A stretch of 64,000 bases of DNA, taken from the NCBI GenBank assembly GCA_963750915.1, contig CAVVSF010000002.1, forward strand, positions 394,303-458,302. Direction: 5' to 3'. Below, in pieces: positions 1 to 14,470 of this stretch. A program made the translations under genes and the position numbers. Each line of letters opens with the position of its first letter. Position 1 is the stretch's first letter. The notes under the pieces are model-generated. The model was not told the origin of the DNA and did not search any database. It saw nothing but the letters and a program-made list of their open reading frames with translations. Origin of the DNA: an uncultured Acidobacteriota bacterium (lineage in GTDB: Bacteria > Acidobacteriota > Vicinamibacteria > Vicinamibacterales > 2-12-FULL-66-21).

Positions 1-1
1 G

Positions 2-493
2 TGGGGCAACCCGTTCAACGGTACCGTGTTCGTCGCTCTGTTCCTCGTCGTCGTTCGACTGGCGAGTCGCCTTTCAACGGATCCCGTCAGCTTCGGCACC
101 CCCATCCTCGTGACCGTTGGCGTCGTGCTGGTCGCGTTTGGCTCGGGATATCCGCACTTCCTGAAAACCGATCACTGGATGACGTACGCCTATGCGGCTC
201 CGCTTGGGGTTCTTCCCTGTCCGACACTCTCCGTGGCGATCGGCGCGACACTGATATGTGGTCTGCTCGGCTCGGTGGCGTGGTCCGTCACCCTCGCCGC
301 CGCCGGTTTCGTGTACGGCGCCATCGGAGTCTTCGTCCTCGGCGTGCAGCTCGACTACGCCCTGCTGGCGGGCGCGCTGGTGCTGGTTGGTGCCCTCAGG
401 GGTTTTCCAGGCCGTTTCCGGCGCCGCCTGCGGAATAGTCCGCACCCGCGTGAAATTCTCAGCGCGCCCGGTCGACTGGGCCCGACCGGCTGA
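2..493 (+). CDS. integral membrane protein, N-terminus cut by window edge
   Basis: The frame is open from the window edge to the stop at 491-493. The translation is mostly hydrophobic helices (VFVALFLVVV, ILVTVGVVLVAFG, LSVAIGATLICGLLGSVAWSVTLAAAGFVYGAIGVFVLGV). No family recognised. Confidence 0.5.
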   Translation, partial: WGNPFNGTVFVALFLVVVRLASRLSTDPVSFGTPILVTVGVVLVAFGSGYPHFLKTDHWMTYAYAAPLGVLPCPTLSVAIGATLICGLLGSVAWSVTLAAAGFVYGAIGVFVLGVQLDYALLAGALVLVGALRGFPGRFRRRLRNSPHPREILSAPGRLGPTG

Positions 494-674
494 CCACGCC
501 GGGCGAAACCGCTCGATTCCGAGGCGATTCGGCGCGAGTGAGACGGGCACGGGCATTGCTCCCTGACAGGGTTCGGATGCGTGCCGTGGCGGCGACGCTG
601 ACTCCTCGAGCAGCGACCCACGTGGCTGCTCGGGATGACTCAAGTCGAACGTGGCCTGAAAAAGTAGGCCTCAC

Positions 675-1622
675 ATGCCGAGTAACTGGCTCGCGCTCGT
701 GGCGGGGTTGTTCGTCGGGATGACGCTGACGGTCGTTGGTGGCGGCTCCTCGCACGAGCAAGCCGTGCCGGCATCGAAGCCACCGGAACCAGTGGTCACG
801 GCGGTCGCAGGTCCCAGCTGGCTGAACCGCCTGGGTCTCACTTACGGCGACAGCACGCTGGGTCGCAGCGCGGCGACCTACGGTCCACCACCCACACCAT
901 CGGCGTCGCCCCAGCGACCACTGCAGCCGGGCGCGGCGTTGCCGATCGGACGTCCTATTCTGCTGAGCGGCGCTGATCTGTATCGGCTCAACTGTCAATC
1001 CTGCCATCGGGCCGAGGGCACGGGGTCACTCCCGGAGATCAAGTCTGTGCTTGGCCTGGTGCAGGGGTCGTCGGTCGAATTTGTCCGACAGCACCTGAAG
1101 CAGGAGGGGAAGGCGGCCGCGGGCTCGGCTGTCCGCACGCAGGCCGCTCGAGCGCGCGCCGACCTCTATCAGCGAATTCAGAAAGGCGGGCAACGGATGC
1201 CGGCGCTCGCGCACCTGCAGGAGGCCGAGATCGACGTGCTCTACGCCTACTTGACGGCGCTCGCCGGCGCCGCAGATGGTTCACCACAGTCGCGACGCAC
1301 GACAAGCTGGGCACGGCTCGGCGAGCACGTCGTCAAGGGTACCTGCCACATCTGCCATGACGCCGTCGGTCCACGACCATCCGGACAGGCGCGCCTCATT
1401 CAAGGAACGATTCCGCCGTTGACGACGATCCTCGAGGACAAACCCGTCGCCGATTTCGTGACGAAGGTCCGCAGCGGCGCGCCGGTGATGACGGGAGATC
1501 CGGCGTTTCACTACCGCGGACGGATGCCGGTATTTTCCTACCTGCAGGACGTTGAAGTGGCGGCGGCCTACATGTTCCTCGTTGACTACCCCCCGCAAGC
1601 GGGAGATTCCAGGCGTCACTGA
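675..1622 (+). CDS. membrane-anchored dihaem c-type cytochrome
   Basis: N-terminal hydrophobic anchor (WLALVAGLFVGMTLTVVGG). Two CxxCH haem-binding motifs (NCQSCH, TCHICH). Confidence 0.85.
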   Translation: MPSNWLALVAGLFVGMTLTVVGGGSSHEQAVPASKPPEPVVTAVAGPSWLNRLGLTYGDSTLGRSAATYGPPPTPSASPQRPLQPGAALPIGRPILLSGADLYRLNCQSCHRAEGTGSLPEIKSVLGLVQGSSVEFVRQHLKQEGKAAAGSAVRTQAARARADLYQRIQKGGQRMPALAHLQEAEIDVLYAYLTALAGAADGSPQSRRTTSWARLGEHVVKGTCHICHDAVGPRPSGQARLIQGTIPPLTTILEDKPVADFVTKVRSGAPVMTGDPAFHYRGRMPVFSYLQDVEVAAAYMFLVDYPPQAGDSRRH

Positions 1623-1855
1623 GCCAGGCAGGCGGTAGTGCCTGCCGCGGTCATGAAGATCGAGAGGGATGGCTGCAGCCATCCTTCTGACCGCCGCGGC
1701 ACGCAACTGGCAACGGCACCGGCTCGCAGGCTCTCATTTGCGCGCCCACGGCCAGCAAAGCCGGCAGCGCTGCTGCAGAGCCCCCGGGCGCGACACGGGT
1801 ATCGAGGAATTCTTCACATCGGCGCGAGATTTTTCGCTGAACGGGCTGAAGGCCT

Positions 1856-3112
1856 ATGAACACCGCCCTCGATCGTCGGGACTTTTTCCGGACCGCAGCC
1901 GGAACGCTCGCGCTGCTGCTCAGCGAACGCGGCCTGACCGCGGCGCAGACGCCGGTTCAGGACGCCTCCGCCGGGCCGCCCGTGGTGTTCGGCGTCGTCG
2001 GCCTCGGCGCGCGGGGCCGCGAGATCCTCGCCACGCTCGGGCGCATGACCACGGCGCGCGCGGGGATGATCTGCGACACCTACGAGCCGTTCCTCAAGCG
2101 CAGCGCCGCGGCAGCGCCGACGGCAGCGAGCGTGACGGATTTCCGTCGCATCCTGGAATCATCCGAGATCGACGCGGTGGTCATCGCCACGCCGACGCCA
2201 ACCCACAAGGACATCGTGCTCGCCAGCCTGGAGGCCGGGAAGCATGTCTACTGCGAAGCGCCCCTGGCCTCGACGATCGATGATGCGCGGGCGCTGGCGG
2301 CTGCGGCGCTCCGGACACCGAAGCAGGTATTCCAGGCTGGCCTCCAGGGCCGCGCGAACTCACTCTACCGGCACGTCTCGCAGTTCGTGAAAAGCGGCGT
2401 GCTGGGCGACGTGGCGCTGGTGAACGCGCAATGGAACAAGAAGGAGAGCTGGCGCCGCGCGGGCCCGACGCCCGAGCGGGAGCGCGAGCTCAACTGGCGC
2501 CTGCAGGATGGGTCGCCAGGTCTGATGGGAGAGGTGGGCATTCACCAGCTCGACCTGGCGGCGCAGTACCTCGGCGCCTATCCGAGCGCGATTACGGGTG
2601 CCGGATCGCTCGTCGCGTGGAAGGACGGTCGCGCGGTACCCGACACGGTGCTGTGCTTCATGGACGTGGGCCGGACGCGTCTCACTTATCGGGCGACGCT
2701 CGCGAGCTCGTTCGGCGGCGCCTACACGGTCTTCCAGGGCAGCAACAGCAGCCTTCTGATGAAGGAGAACCAGAGCTGGCTGGTCAAGGAGTCCGATTCG
2801 GCGCTCCTCGGCTGGGAAGTCTACGCCCGCAAGGAGACCGTGCACGATGAGACCGGGATCGCGATGGTCGCCGACGCCACGAAGCTGCTTCAGGCGGGCA
2901 AGGAGCCAGGCAAGGACGGTGCCCCTGGTCCCGAGAAGCCGGCGTTGCTGCTGGCGTTCGAGAGTTTCGTTGGCAGTGTCCGTGAAGGCCGGCCGTCCAT
3001 CTGCGGCGCGCGCGAAGGATTTCGCGCGACGGTCGCAGCACACAAGGCCAACCAGGCCGTTGTGGCGGGCGGGCGCGTCGATGTGACGCCGGCCGAGTAC
3101 CAGTTGGTCTGA
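1856..3112 (+). CDS. TAT-exported Gfo/Idh/MocA family oxidoreductase
   Basis: Twin-arginine leader ([18 protein letters not shown]). Rossmann motif VVGLGARG. Overall Gfo/Idh/MocA-like layout by eye. Confidence 0.8.
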   Translation: MNTALDRRDFFRTAAGTLALLLSERGLTAAQTPVQDASAGPPVVFGVVGLGARGREILATLGRMTTARAGMICDTYEPFLKRSAAAAPTAASVTDFRRILESSEIDAVVIATPTPTHKDIVLASLEAGKHVYCEAPLASTIDDARALAAAALRTPKQVFQAGLQGRANSLYRHVSQFVKSGVLGDVALVNAQWNKKESWRRAGPTPERERELNWRLQDGSPGLMGEVGIHQLDLAAQYLGAYPSAITGAGSLVAWKDGRAVPDTVLCFMDVGRTRLTYRATLASSFGGAYTVFQGSNSSLLMKENQSWLVKESDSALLGWEVYARKETVHDETGIAMVADATKLLQAGKEPGKDGAPGPEKPALLLAFESFVGSVREGRPSICGAREGFRATVAAHKANQAVVAGGRVDVTPAEYQLV

Positions 3113-3143
3113 CTGCGTCTGCAGCGAAGAACAGGAAGGCGTC

Positions 3144-4466
3144 ATGAGTGAGCACACTTCCGGCGGCGTCTCGCGGCGTGAGTTCATGAAAACCACCGTC
3201 GGAACGACGACGCTGGCGGTGGCCGGGTCGCTCACCACGGCGCGGGCGTTCCAGGGCGCGGCTGGCACCTCGCGGATCCTGGGCGCGAACGACCGTATTC
3301 ATCTGGGCATCATCGGCGTCAACACGATGGGGGGCGGCCACCTGCGCAACCTGGTTGGCGATCAGATGACGGGCGACAACGTCGATGTGATCGCCGTCTG
3401 CGACGTGTGGGAGGCGGCCCGCCGCAAAGCCCAGGTGACTGCCGGCTGCCCGGAAAGCCAGGTCTATGTCGACTATCGCAAGCTGCTCGAGCTCAAGGAC
3501 ATCGACGCCGTCGTCGTCGCCACGCCCGATCACTGGCATGGCCTGATGGGTGTGGATGCTCTGATGGCGGGCAAACATCTCTACATCGAGAAGCCGATGA
3601 CGCGGCGGCTCGACGAAGCGTTCGCGATTCAGGACGCGGCCAGGCGAGCCCAGCGCCTCGTCCAGGTCGGCGCCCATGGATGCAGCGATCCGCGGTGGCT
3701 GAAGGCCCGCGAGATCATCAGCGGCGGGTCGCTGGGCCGGCTGCTCTGGGCTCAGGGCAGCTACTGCCGGAACAACCCGAAAGGTGAATGGAACTACACG
3801 CTCAACCCGGAGGCGAACGAGCAAACGGTGGATTGGAAGACGTGGCTCGGTCCGTCCCCGAAACGCCCGTGGAGCGTCGAGCGGTTCTTCCGCTGGCGGA
3901 AGTACTGGGACTATGGCACCGGCATCATCGGCGACCTGTGGCCGCACCGGCTGTATCCGCTGATGCTTGCCATGGACCTCAAGGAGTTCCCCCGCTCCGT
4001 CAGTTGCATGGGCGGCGATCTCGGCAACACCGACGCCGGGCCTGGCCCGGACGGCAAGCCCTACGGCGAGCGGCGCGAGGTGGCGGATACGACGATGATG
4101 ATGGTGGACTTTCCAAGCGGCGTGATGATCTACCTGGCCGGCGCCACGACCAACGAGCGCGGCATCGAAGACGTGATTCGCGGCCAGCATGGAAATCTGT
4201 CCATGGGTGGCTCTCGACTCGAGGTGACGCCGGAGCGGTTCTACGTCGACCAGCTCGAGGCCGGCGATCTCACGCCGCCGGACGCCGGGGAGACCCACGT
4301 CAAGCACATGCGCAACTTCCTGCAGAGCATCCGGAGCAACACGCCGCCCAATTGCAGCGAAGATCTCGGCGTGCGCGTCCAGGCGGTCGTGTCGATGGCC
4401 GAAGCCGCCTACCGGCAGAAGTCCCTGGTGCGGTTCGACGAGAAGAAGCGGAAGCTGTTGACGTAG
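3144..4466 (+). CDS. TAT-exported Gfo/Idh/MocA family oxidoreductase
   Basis: Twin-arginine leader ([20 protein letters not shown]). Dinucleotide fold [14 protein letters not shown] motif (LYIEKPM). Confidence 0.85.
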   Translation: MSEHTSGGVSRREFMKTTVGTTTLAVAGSLTTARAFQGAAGTSRILGANDRIHLGIIGVNTMGGGHLRNLVGDQMTGDNVDVIAVCDVWEAARRKAQVTAGCPESQVYVDYRKLLELKDIDAVVVATPDHWHGLMGVDALMAGKHLYIEKPMTRRLDEAFAIQDAARRAQRLVQVGAHGCSDPRWLKAREIISGGSLGRLLWAQGSYCRNNPKGEWNYTLNPEANEQTVDWKTWLGPSPKRPWSVERFFRWRKYWDYGTGIIGDLWPHRLYPLMLAMDLKEFPRSVSCMGGDLGNTDAGPGPDGKPYGERREVADTTMMMVDFPSGVMIYLAGATTNERGIEDVIRGQHGNLSMGGSRLEVTPERFYVDQLEAGDLTPPDAGETHVKHMRNFLQSIRSNTPPNCSEDLGVRVQAVVSMAEAAYRQKSLVRFDEKKRKLLT

Positions 4467-4467
4467 C

Positions 4468-5351
4468 GTGGTCCTGAGCCTTCCATCCGCGCCCGTCCTG
4501 CTTGGCCTCGAGGCCATGGGCACGCGCTTCGAGCTCGTGCTGGGGCCCGGCGACCCGGTGCGGCTGCGCGCCGCCGGCGAAGAAGCGCTCGCCGAGATCG
4601 CGCGGCTCGACGGGCAATTGAGCGCCTATCGTCCGTCGAGCGACGTCTCATGGATCAACGCGCGGGCGAGCCAGGCGCCGGTCAAGATCGAGCCAGGACT
4701 TTTCGCATTGCTCGAACGATGTCGGGCTCTCTCGCGCGCCACCGAAGGAGCGTTCGACATCAGCGTCGGCCCCCTCATGCGGGCATGGGGTTTCGTCGAT
4801 GGGGCCGGGGCTGTGCCCGGCGACGCGGTCCGTCAGGATGCGGAATCCTCTGTCGGGTGGCGGCATCTCCATCTCGATCCGGCGGCCAGCACGGTGCAGT
4901 TCGGACGGCCCGACATGCGCATCGATCTCGGCGCGGTTGGAAAAGGCTGCGCCGTGGACTCTGCGATCGAGATTCTTCGGGGCCACGGCATCACCTCGGC
5001 GCTGCTCCACGGTGGTACGAGCAGCGTTCACGCGCTGGGCGCGCCACCGGACTCGCCGGCCTGGCGCATCGGCTGGAAACCGCCGGCAGGCAGCCCGCGC
5101 GCATTTGACTTGCGAGACAGCGCGCTGTCGGTTTCAGCGGTGCACGGCAAGACCTTCGAATCGCAGGGGCGGGTCTATGGTCACGTGATGGACCCCCGCT
5201 CGGGCGCGCCGACGACCGCCGCTCGCGCGGTTGCGGTGCGCGGCCGCACCTCGCTCGAATGCGACGCACTGTCGACAGCGCTGCTGGTGCTCGGCGCCGA
5301 CTGGCTGGGCGAGTTCGGTCGCCGCTTCCGGGACTTCGAAGCGGTCGTCGT

Positions 5352-5355
<4 letters not shown>
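4468..5355 (+). CDS. apbE: FAD:protein FMN transferase (ApbE family)
   Basis: ApbE-like motifs RIDLGAVGKGCAVD and GGTSSVHALG. The GTG start lies 1 nt after the upstream stop; the in-frame ATG at 4516 is an alternative start. Confidence 0.75.
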
Positions 5356-8954
<3,599 letters not shown>

Positions 8955-8993
8955 GACGTCGATCCCATCGGCCACCCTGAGGCCGGAGCCGGT

Positions 8994-10568
8994 CTACACG
9001 CTGGCCGCTGGCGTAGCGGCGGGTTCGGGGAGCATCGTGATCGCGCCACATGGGCACTGGGCGTAACAGATCGCGCAGCCCGTGCACTTGTCGAGGTCGT
9101 ACTCGTATCGTCGGCCCGGGCCGAGCTTGATGACGGCTTGCTCGGGGCAGGCCGAGTAGCAGCCGTCGCACTCGAAGCAATTGCCGCAGGACAGGCAGCG
9201 TTGCGCCTCGTAACGCGCTCCGGTCGAATCGAGGCCGGCGACCACTTCGTCGAACGTGTGCCGCCTTCGCTCGACATCGATCGTGCCCTGGTCGCGTCTC
9301 TGTGCCTCTGTGTGGTACCAGAGCCGAAGCGCCTCGAACGTTGCGACCTCGTGCTTCGGCGGCTTCGTGCGCGCCTCGCGGCGAAGCCAGCCGTCGATTG
9401 CCTGCGCCGCCCGCTTTCCGTGCCCGACGGCGGTCGTGACCGTGCGCGCGTCCGGCACCATGTCGCCGCCCGCGAACACGCCCGCGCAGCCGGTCTGCAT
9501 GTCGGTTCCGACGACCACCGTTCCGTCGTTCTTGAAGGCGATGCCAGGAACGGTTTTCAGAAACGTCGTGTCGGTGTCCTGTCCGAGGGCGAGAATCACG
9601 GAATCGGCTTCGAGCGTCTCGAACTCGCCGGTCGGCACCGGATACCTGTTCTCGTCGAGACGCATCACCTCGACGTGAAGCCTCGTACCGTCGATGTCCT
9701 TGATCGTGCGCAGCCAGTGGATCTTGACGCCTTCTTCGATTGCTTCGTCTGCCTCGAAGTCATGGGCGGGCATCTGCTCGCGCGTGCGACGGTAGATGAT
9801 GAGCGGTTCAGCACCGAGTCTGGCGACAGTCCGCGCCGCGTCCATGGCGGTATTGCCGCCGCCGTAGATCGCCACCCGCCGGCCCAGGCGCGGCATCGGC
9901 TCGGTTTCGACCTCCTTGAGAAACTGCAGGGCGTCGTAGACCTTTCCGGCGTCACGCGTCGGGATGTCCTGGCGCTTGCTGAGGTGGGCGCCGACGGCGA
10001 GAAAGACAGCGTCGAACCGCCCGCTGGCCCTCTCGGCTGCGAGATCTGTCACTTTGTGATTCAGGATGATCTCGACGCCGATTCTACGGATGCGTTCAAT
10101 CTCTCCGTCCAGCACCTGGCGCGGGAGGCGGTACTTCGGAATGCCGAAGTGCATCATGCCGCCCGCCATCGGCCCCGCCTCGTGGACGACGACGGTGTGG
10201 CCACGGCGAGCCAGGTGCCAGGCAGCCGAGAGGCCGCTTGGTCCGGCGCCGACGACCAGCACACGGTGATTCGATCGTGGTTCGTCCGGGGCGGCGGTCC
10301 ACCCTTCACGGAGTGCCATGTCGCCGAGGAATCGCTCTACCGCATGGATGCTGACCGCAGCGTCGACGTCCTTACGGTTGCACGCGTCCTCGCATGGGTG
10401 ATAACACACGCGCCCGTGAACGGCCGGCATTGGATTGTCGCGCAGGATGATGTCCCAGGCCTCGCGATAGCGGCCTGCTTGCGCCTCGGCGAGCCAGGCC
10501 TGGACGTTTTCGCCGGCCGGGCAGCCGTGGTTGCACGGCGGCAGGCGGTCGACGTAGACCGGGCGCAT
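8994..10568 (-). CDS. GltD-like NAD(P)H-dependent Fe-S flavoprotein with C-terminal 2x[4Fe-4S] ferredoxin domain
   Basis: N-terminal Cys cluster (PPCNHGCPAGENV...VCYHPCEDACNR). FAD/NAD fold (VLVVGAGPSGLSAAWHL, VAIYGGGNTAMD). C-terminal CLSCGNCFECDGC and CTGCAICYAQCPC. Start placed at MRPVYVD. The longer ORF to 11279 overlaps the cytochrome gene and reads as junk. Confidence 0.85.
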   Translation of the reverse strand: MRPVYVDRLPPCNHGCPAGENVQAWLAEAQAGRYREAWDIILRDNPMPAVHGRVCYHPCEDACNRKDVDAAVSIHAVERFLGDMALREGWTAAPDEPRSNHRVLVVGAGPSGLSAAWHLARRGHTVVVHEAGPMAGGMMHFGIPKYRLPRQVLDGEIERIRRIGVEIILNHKVTDLAAERASGRFDAVFLAVGAHLSKRQDIPTRDAGKVYDALQFLKEVETEPMPRLGRRVAIYGGGNTAMDAARTVARLGAEPLIIYRRTREQMPAHDFEADEAIEEGVKIHWLRTIKDIDGTRLHVEVMRLDENRYPVPTGEFETLEADSVILALGQDTDTTFLKTVPGIAFKNDGTVVVGTDMQTGCAGVFAGGDMVPDARTVTTAVGHGKRAAQAIDGWLRREARTKPPKHEVATFEALRLWYHTEAQRRDQGTIDVERRRHTFDEVVAGLDSTGARYEAQRCLSCGNCFECDGCYSACPEQAVIKLGPGRRYEYDLDKCTGCAICYAQCPCGAITMLPEPAATPAASV

Positions 10569-11079
10569 CGTACGGAGTGGCGGCAATCGAAACTCTCCTT
10601 CGTGTCGAAGAGAGAGCAACTGGCGAGCCACTGCACGTTCCAGGGAGAGCGGCGCCGGCGCGGTGCTTTCGCACGCCGCTCCGTTCGCCACTGCGGGGAA
10701 TTCCTCCAACCCGGGAAAGAATCCGCTGCCGGCTGCGCTGCGCTGGCCTTTCGCGACGGCCCGCGATCGGGTTGGGAGTGTCCAGGCAAGTCCGCTTGGT
10801 ACAGCCGTTGCTGTTCGAGCGTTCAGGTGCTTATGGCCATCACGTCGGCCTGGTGTTCCGTGCTTCAGGCGAATGTCCCGAGACTGACGACCCTCGAAGG
10901 CGAAGTCTCGACCGTCGTCTGTCCCGAGTTCGAGCCGGTAACGCGGACCTGTCGGTTGAAGAAGGCTGCCGGCCGTGGAGGCCCGCTTTCGCAACTGCTC
11001 GAGCGCGTGTCGGAACAGGCGCTCCGCAGTCCGGCGCCGCGATGCAATCTCGCGTGACGAGGGGACACATCTCCGCTTG

Positions 11080-11862
11080 CTAGTTTGCCGCGCGTTCCTG
11101 GATGCCCTGCAGGTACTTGACGATTGCGTCGACACGCCCCTTCCCGGCCTCGGAGGAGCGGCCCTCTCGAGGGTCCCTGAAGACGTCACCCCACACCGGC
11201 ATGTCACGGTCGCCGTGAGACGGCACGTCGCGGCCGTCGATGATCCGCCGCAGGCGCTCGTCCGGAAACAGGCCGCCATTCCTCGCCGTGAACTTCGTCA
11301 GGTCCGGCGGCGTGCGCCGGAGTTGATCGGCGAGCGGTCCGTTGCCTCGGCCGTTCGCCCCGTGGCAGGTCGCACAGTGCGTCTTGAACAGCCTTGCGCC
11401 GAGGTCGTCCGCCCTGGCAGGCGGCTCCTGCAATGACTCGACGTGCGTGACGATGTTCTGAATGCGCAGCTTGACGCGGGGCTCTAAAGGATCTAGCCCG
11501 AGGAAGACCGGGCCCCATGGGGGCATGTCGCTGGAACCATGCGCGGCCACCGGGCGGCCGGCGCCAGTGACAACGGCGAGCACGCGATCCTTTGGAAACG
11601 AACCGCCGTTTCGCCGGGCCAGCGACGCCAGGTCTGTGGGGCGGGTCTTGAGGGCCGGCACGATCGGCCCGTCGCCTCGGCCTGCCGTGCCATGACATGG
11701 CGCGCAGTAGAACTTGAATGAGTCGGGTCCCGTGATCGAATCCAGCAGCAGCGGCGGCGGAGCCTGGCTCAGGCCCGTAATCGACGATTGCGCCAGCAGG
11801 CTCGTTGCGAAGGTCGTAGCTGCGAGCAGGATGACGGTGAACGGCGGTCGCTGGGCGGCCAT
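11080..11862 (-). CDS. periplasmic dihaem c-type cytochrome
   Basis: Signal peptide MAAQRPPFTVILLAATTFATSLLA. Two CxxCH motifs (CAPCH, CATCH). GGAGG Shine-Dalgarno 7 nt upstream of the ATG at 11862. Confidence 0.85.
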   Translation of the reverse strand: MAAQRPPFTVILLAATTFATSLLAQSSITGLSQAPPPLLLDSITGPDSFKFYCAPCHGTAGRGDGPIVPALKTRPTDLASLARRNGGSFPKDRVLAVVTGAGRPVAAHGSSDMPPWGPVFLGLDPLEPRVKLRIQNIVTHVESLQEPPARADDLGARLFKTHCATCHGANGRGNGPLADQLRRTPPDLTKFTARNGGLFPDERLRRIIDGRDVPSHGDRDMPVWGDVFRDPREGRSSEAGKGRVDAIVKYLQGIQERAAN

Positions 11863-12467
11863 GGATTGTGCCTCCGAAGGGGGACGGCCGGTTTGATGAG
11901 TCCGGGGACTCGCCATCCGAGTCGGCTCCTGCATGAACTTCAGGAATCTGCAAACGGATTGCCGGAGCCACGAGCGATGCGCCAGCGCGTGAACAAGCGC
12001 CGCCGGCCGACATCGGCGTGCGGTTCTCGAATTCGGCGGATGGCCCGTTCTGTGCTTCGGCAGCATGCAGGGCACGGCATCCGCGCCGTGCGGACCTGAC
12101 GGATCGGGATCGTGACGAGAGCTCGAGGCGTGCGAGATGCGCCTGGGTGCGCACGAATCCGCAGACGCAGGTCCACCGGACCTGCTCGGATACCGTGCCC
12201 CATCTGCGTGTGTCCTGCCGGATTGCCAGAACGCCCGTCGGCCCGCCCTTCTCACAATCTGATCGAGCAACTCCACGGCTTCATGGATGACCCGCGGCGC
12301 GGGATTTTGCGACTCGATGGGGATTTGTCCGCACCCCATCGTGATGCCGACGAGCCGGGACGATGCGATGGACCTCGTGAATCGGCCGGGCGACGCCCGA
12401 TTGCGAGCGTAGCCGTGAAAACCTCGTCTCAGGTGCCCTCGGTATCCGCTTTGCGAGACCTTTCTTC

Positions 12468-13346
12468 GTGCTCCATCTCGACCCGCGCGCGCCTGGCACG
12501 CCGCGGTTGCCCCATCGCCGGTTGGGCCCTCTGACCCAGCTCGTGGCCTCGGTTGCGCTGCATGTGACCCTCGCCGCTATCGTGGCCGCGATCACCTCGG
12601 CGCCAGGCATCAACGCTGGGCGAGCCGGACCGACCACCGACCAACGGAGAGCTGACGTTCGGCATCTTGTGTTTCTGGCGCCCGAACTGCAACCGACGGG
12701 GAAGGGCGGTGGCGGGGGAGGTAATCGGCAGCCGGAGCCAATCCGTCGCGCCCAGGGCGCAGGCGCGGATGCGGTGACCCTTCGGGTGCGAAAGGAGGCG
12801 CCAGCATTCCCGGTGGCGACGACTTCCACGCCTGCCGTCGAGGACGTGTCCTCGCTCCCATCGATCGTGCTCGACGCGAAGCCGCTGGCCTCGGGTCTTT
12901 TCGAGGAGGTTGGACTGCCGGCTGGCGGCGTGACGTCCGGTACGTCGAGAGGTCCAGGGTCAGGCGGTGGAGTTGGTACTGGAAGCGGGACCGGGATCGG
13001 TTCGGGACGTGGCCCCGGCCTCGGTCGCGGATCCGGCGGTGGAACTGGCGGTGGCGTCTACCGTGCTGGCGGCTCCGTGTCCGCGCCGCGGCTGATCCTC
13101 GAAGTAAAGCCCAGGTACACGAGCCAGGCGCTCCTGAACAAGATTCAAGGCAGGGTTGTGCTCGAAGCTATCGTCACCGGCGACGGATGCGCGTCGCAGA
13201 TCCGTGTCGTCCGTTCACTGGATGCAGGGGGCCTCGATGAAGAAGCCGTGGCCGCCGTTGCCCAGTGGCGGTTCGAGCCCGGACGCCTTGGCGCCGTGCC
13301 GGTCAACGTCCTCGTGACGATCGAGCTCGATTTCTCAATTCGCTGA
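12468..13346 (+). CDS. TonB family energy transducer (Gly-rich linker)
   Basis: One N-terminal TM helix (LVASVALHVTLAAIVAAI). Gly-rich spacer. C-terminal TonB domain (PRYTSQALLNKIQGRVVLEAIVTGDG...AVAQWRFEPG). GTG start. Confidence 0.8.
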   Translation: MLHLDPRAPGTPRLPHRRLGPLTQLVASVALHVTLAAIVAAITSAPGINAGRAGPTTDQRRADVRHLVFLAPELQPTGKGGGGGGNRQPEPIRRAQGAGADAVTLRVRKEAPAFPVATTSTPAVEDVSSLPSIVLDAKPLASGLFEEVGLPAGGVTSGTSRGPGSGGGVGTGSGTGIGSGRGPGLGRGSGGGTGGGVYRAGGSVSAPRLILEVKPRYTSQALLNKIQGRVVLEAIVTGDGCASQIRVVRSLDAGGLDEEAVAAVAQWRFEPGRLGAVPVNVLVTIELDFSIR

Positions 13347-13420
13347 AATCCCAGGCGGCTTGATGGTCGGGTTTTATTGGAATGATTCATGCGTCTCGTA
13401 GTCGAGGTGGGAACTTCATC

Positions 13421-13807
13421 ATGCTGAATGATCTGCAAGCCTCTGCCGCCGCCGGTCGGGTCGGCGAATCGTCCGCGGGCAATCCGGAAGGCGACCGCAA
13501 GGTCGTCTATTGGCATCGTGAGCTTCCACCGCTCGACGCCGAACCGATGGGCGAACACACCGTCGAAGCCGACAGCATGCGAGTGGCCGGCGGCCTGACC
13601 CACGGCGGCGAGCTGTGGGATCAGTGTTATCGCGACCTGATGAACCAGGCGGATCGCCGGCTGGGCCAGGAGGTGCACCGGCTTGGCGGTGACTACGCGC
13701 ACGTCCTCGGAGAAACGATCGGCAGCAGGCATGACGACCGCAGCGGCGAGGTATGGCTGCGCGGCTGCATCAAGTACCTGTTGCTCCGGCGGCCGGGCGA
13801 GCGCTGA
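13421..13807 (+). CDS. hypothetical protein
   Basis: ORF with coding-like composition. GAGGTGGGA lies upstream of the ATG at 13421; the ATG at 13382 is an alternative start. No motif recognised. Confidence 0.5.
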   Translation: MLNDLQASAAAGRVGESSAGNPEGDRKVVYWHRELPPLDAEPMGEHTVEADSMRVAGGLTHGGELWDQCYRDLMNQADRRLGQEVHRLGGDYAHVLGETIGSRHDDRSGEVWLRGCIKYLLLRRPGER

Positions 13808-13903
13808 TGTCGGGTGTTGTGTTTGCGGTCGTGAGAGTCAACGCAGATTCGGAAGCCGATCGTATGTGCTGTTCTGGTGGTAGTTCTTGCCGCGGGAGTA
13901 GTT

Positions 13904-14437
13904 ATGGACGCCTTGATCACGAAGATTGTCGTCCCCGTCGATTTCAGCGAACCCTCCGAGAGAGCGGCGCACTATGCCGCGGCGCTGGCGGGACGGCTGG
14001 GAGCCTCGTTGCACCTCATTCATGCCCTCGAACCCTCGCCCGTCACGCGTGGCCCGGTCGAATCCTCCGAAAGCCTGTCGGCTGAACGTCTGGACGACAC
14101 TTACTGGGCGGCCCGCACGCGTCTGGGCGCGCTCAGCGAGAAGCTTGCACTCGAAGGGCAGATCTCCAGGGAAGTCCGTCCCGGTTTCCCTTCCGAGGTC
14201 ATCACGGCCGCCGCGACCGACCTCGGCGCGGATCTCGTCGTCATGTCGACGCATGGCCGGAGTGGCCTGTCGCACCTGCTGATGGGAAGCGTCGCCGAGC
14301 GGGTCATTCGGTCGGCCGCCTGTCCGGTCCTCGTCGTCCGGGACCGTGGCGAGGTGATCGTGGAAGGCCGGCCTGCCGTCGAATTGATCGCGGCTGTCGA
14401 CATGGCGCGCGCCAGTTGCCACGGTTGTGCGCGCTGA
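13904..14437 (+). CDS. universal stress protein (UspA family)
   Basis: KIVVPVDFSEPSERAAHYAA...LVVMSTHGRSGLSHLLMGSVAERVIRSAACPVLVV. Confidence 0.85.
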   Translation: MDALITKIVVPVDFSEPSERAAHYAAALAGRLGASLHLIHALEPSPVTRGPVESSESLSAERLDDTYWAARTRLGALSEKLALEGQISREVRPGFPSEVITAAATDLGADLVVMSTHGRSGLSHLLMGSVAERVIRSAACPVLVVRDRGEVIVEGRPAVELIAAVDMARASCHGCAR

Positions 14438-14470
14438 GGCAGGCGAGACCCTGGCCAGCGGCTGCGCGTG

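Noticed and set aside
1-438. Edge ORF 1-438 (+), with an Arg-rich product.
   Set aside because: It overlaps the hydrophobic membrane-protein frame (2-493), which has a far more protein-like translation.
1627-1646. GGCAGGC-GGTAGT-GCCTGCC hairpin after the cytochrome c gene, considered as a terminator.
   Set aside because: It is only a 7-bp stem with no U-tract, and the next gene follows on the same strand. It was not listed as a feature.
13878-13896. CTGGTGGTAGTTCTTGCC upstream of the USP gene 13904 as a sigma-54 promoter.
   Set aside because: Neither GG gives the consensus 12-nt offset to the GC of TTGC (13 or 10 nt instead).
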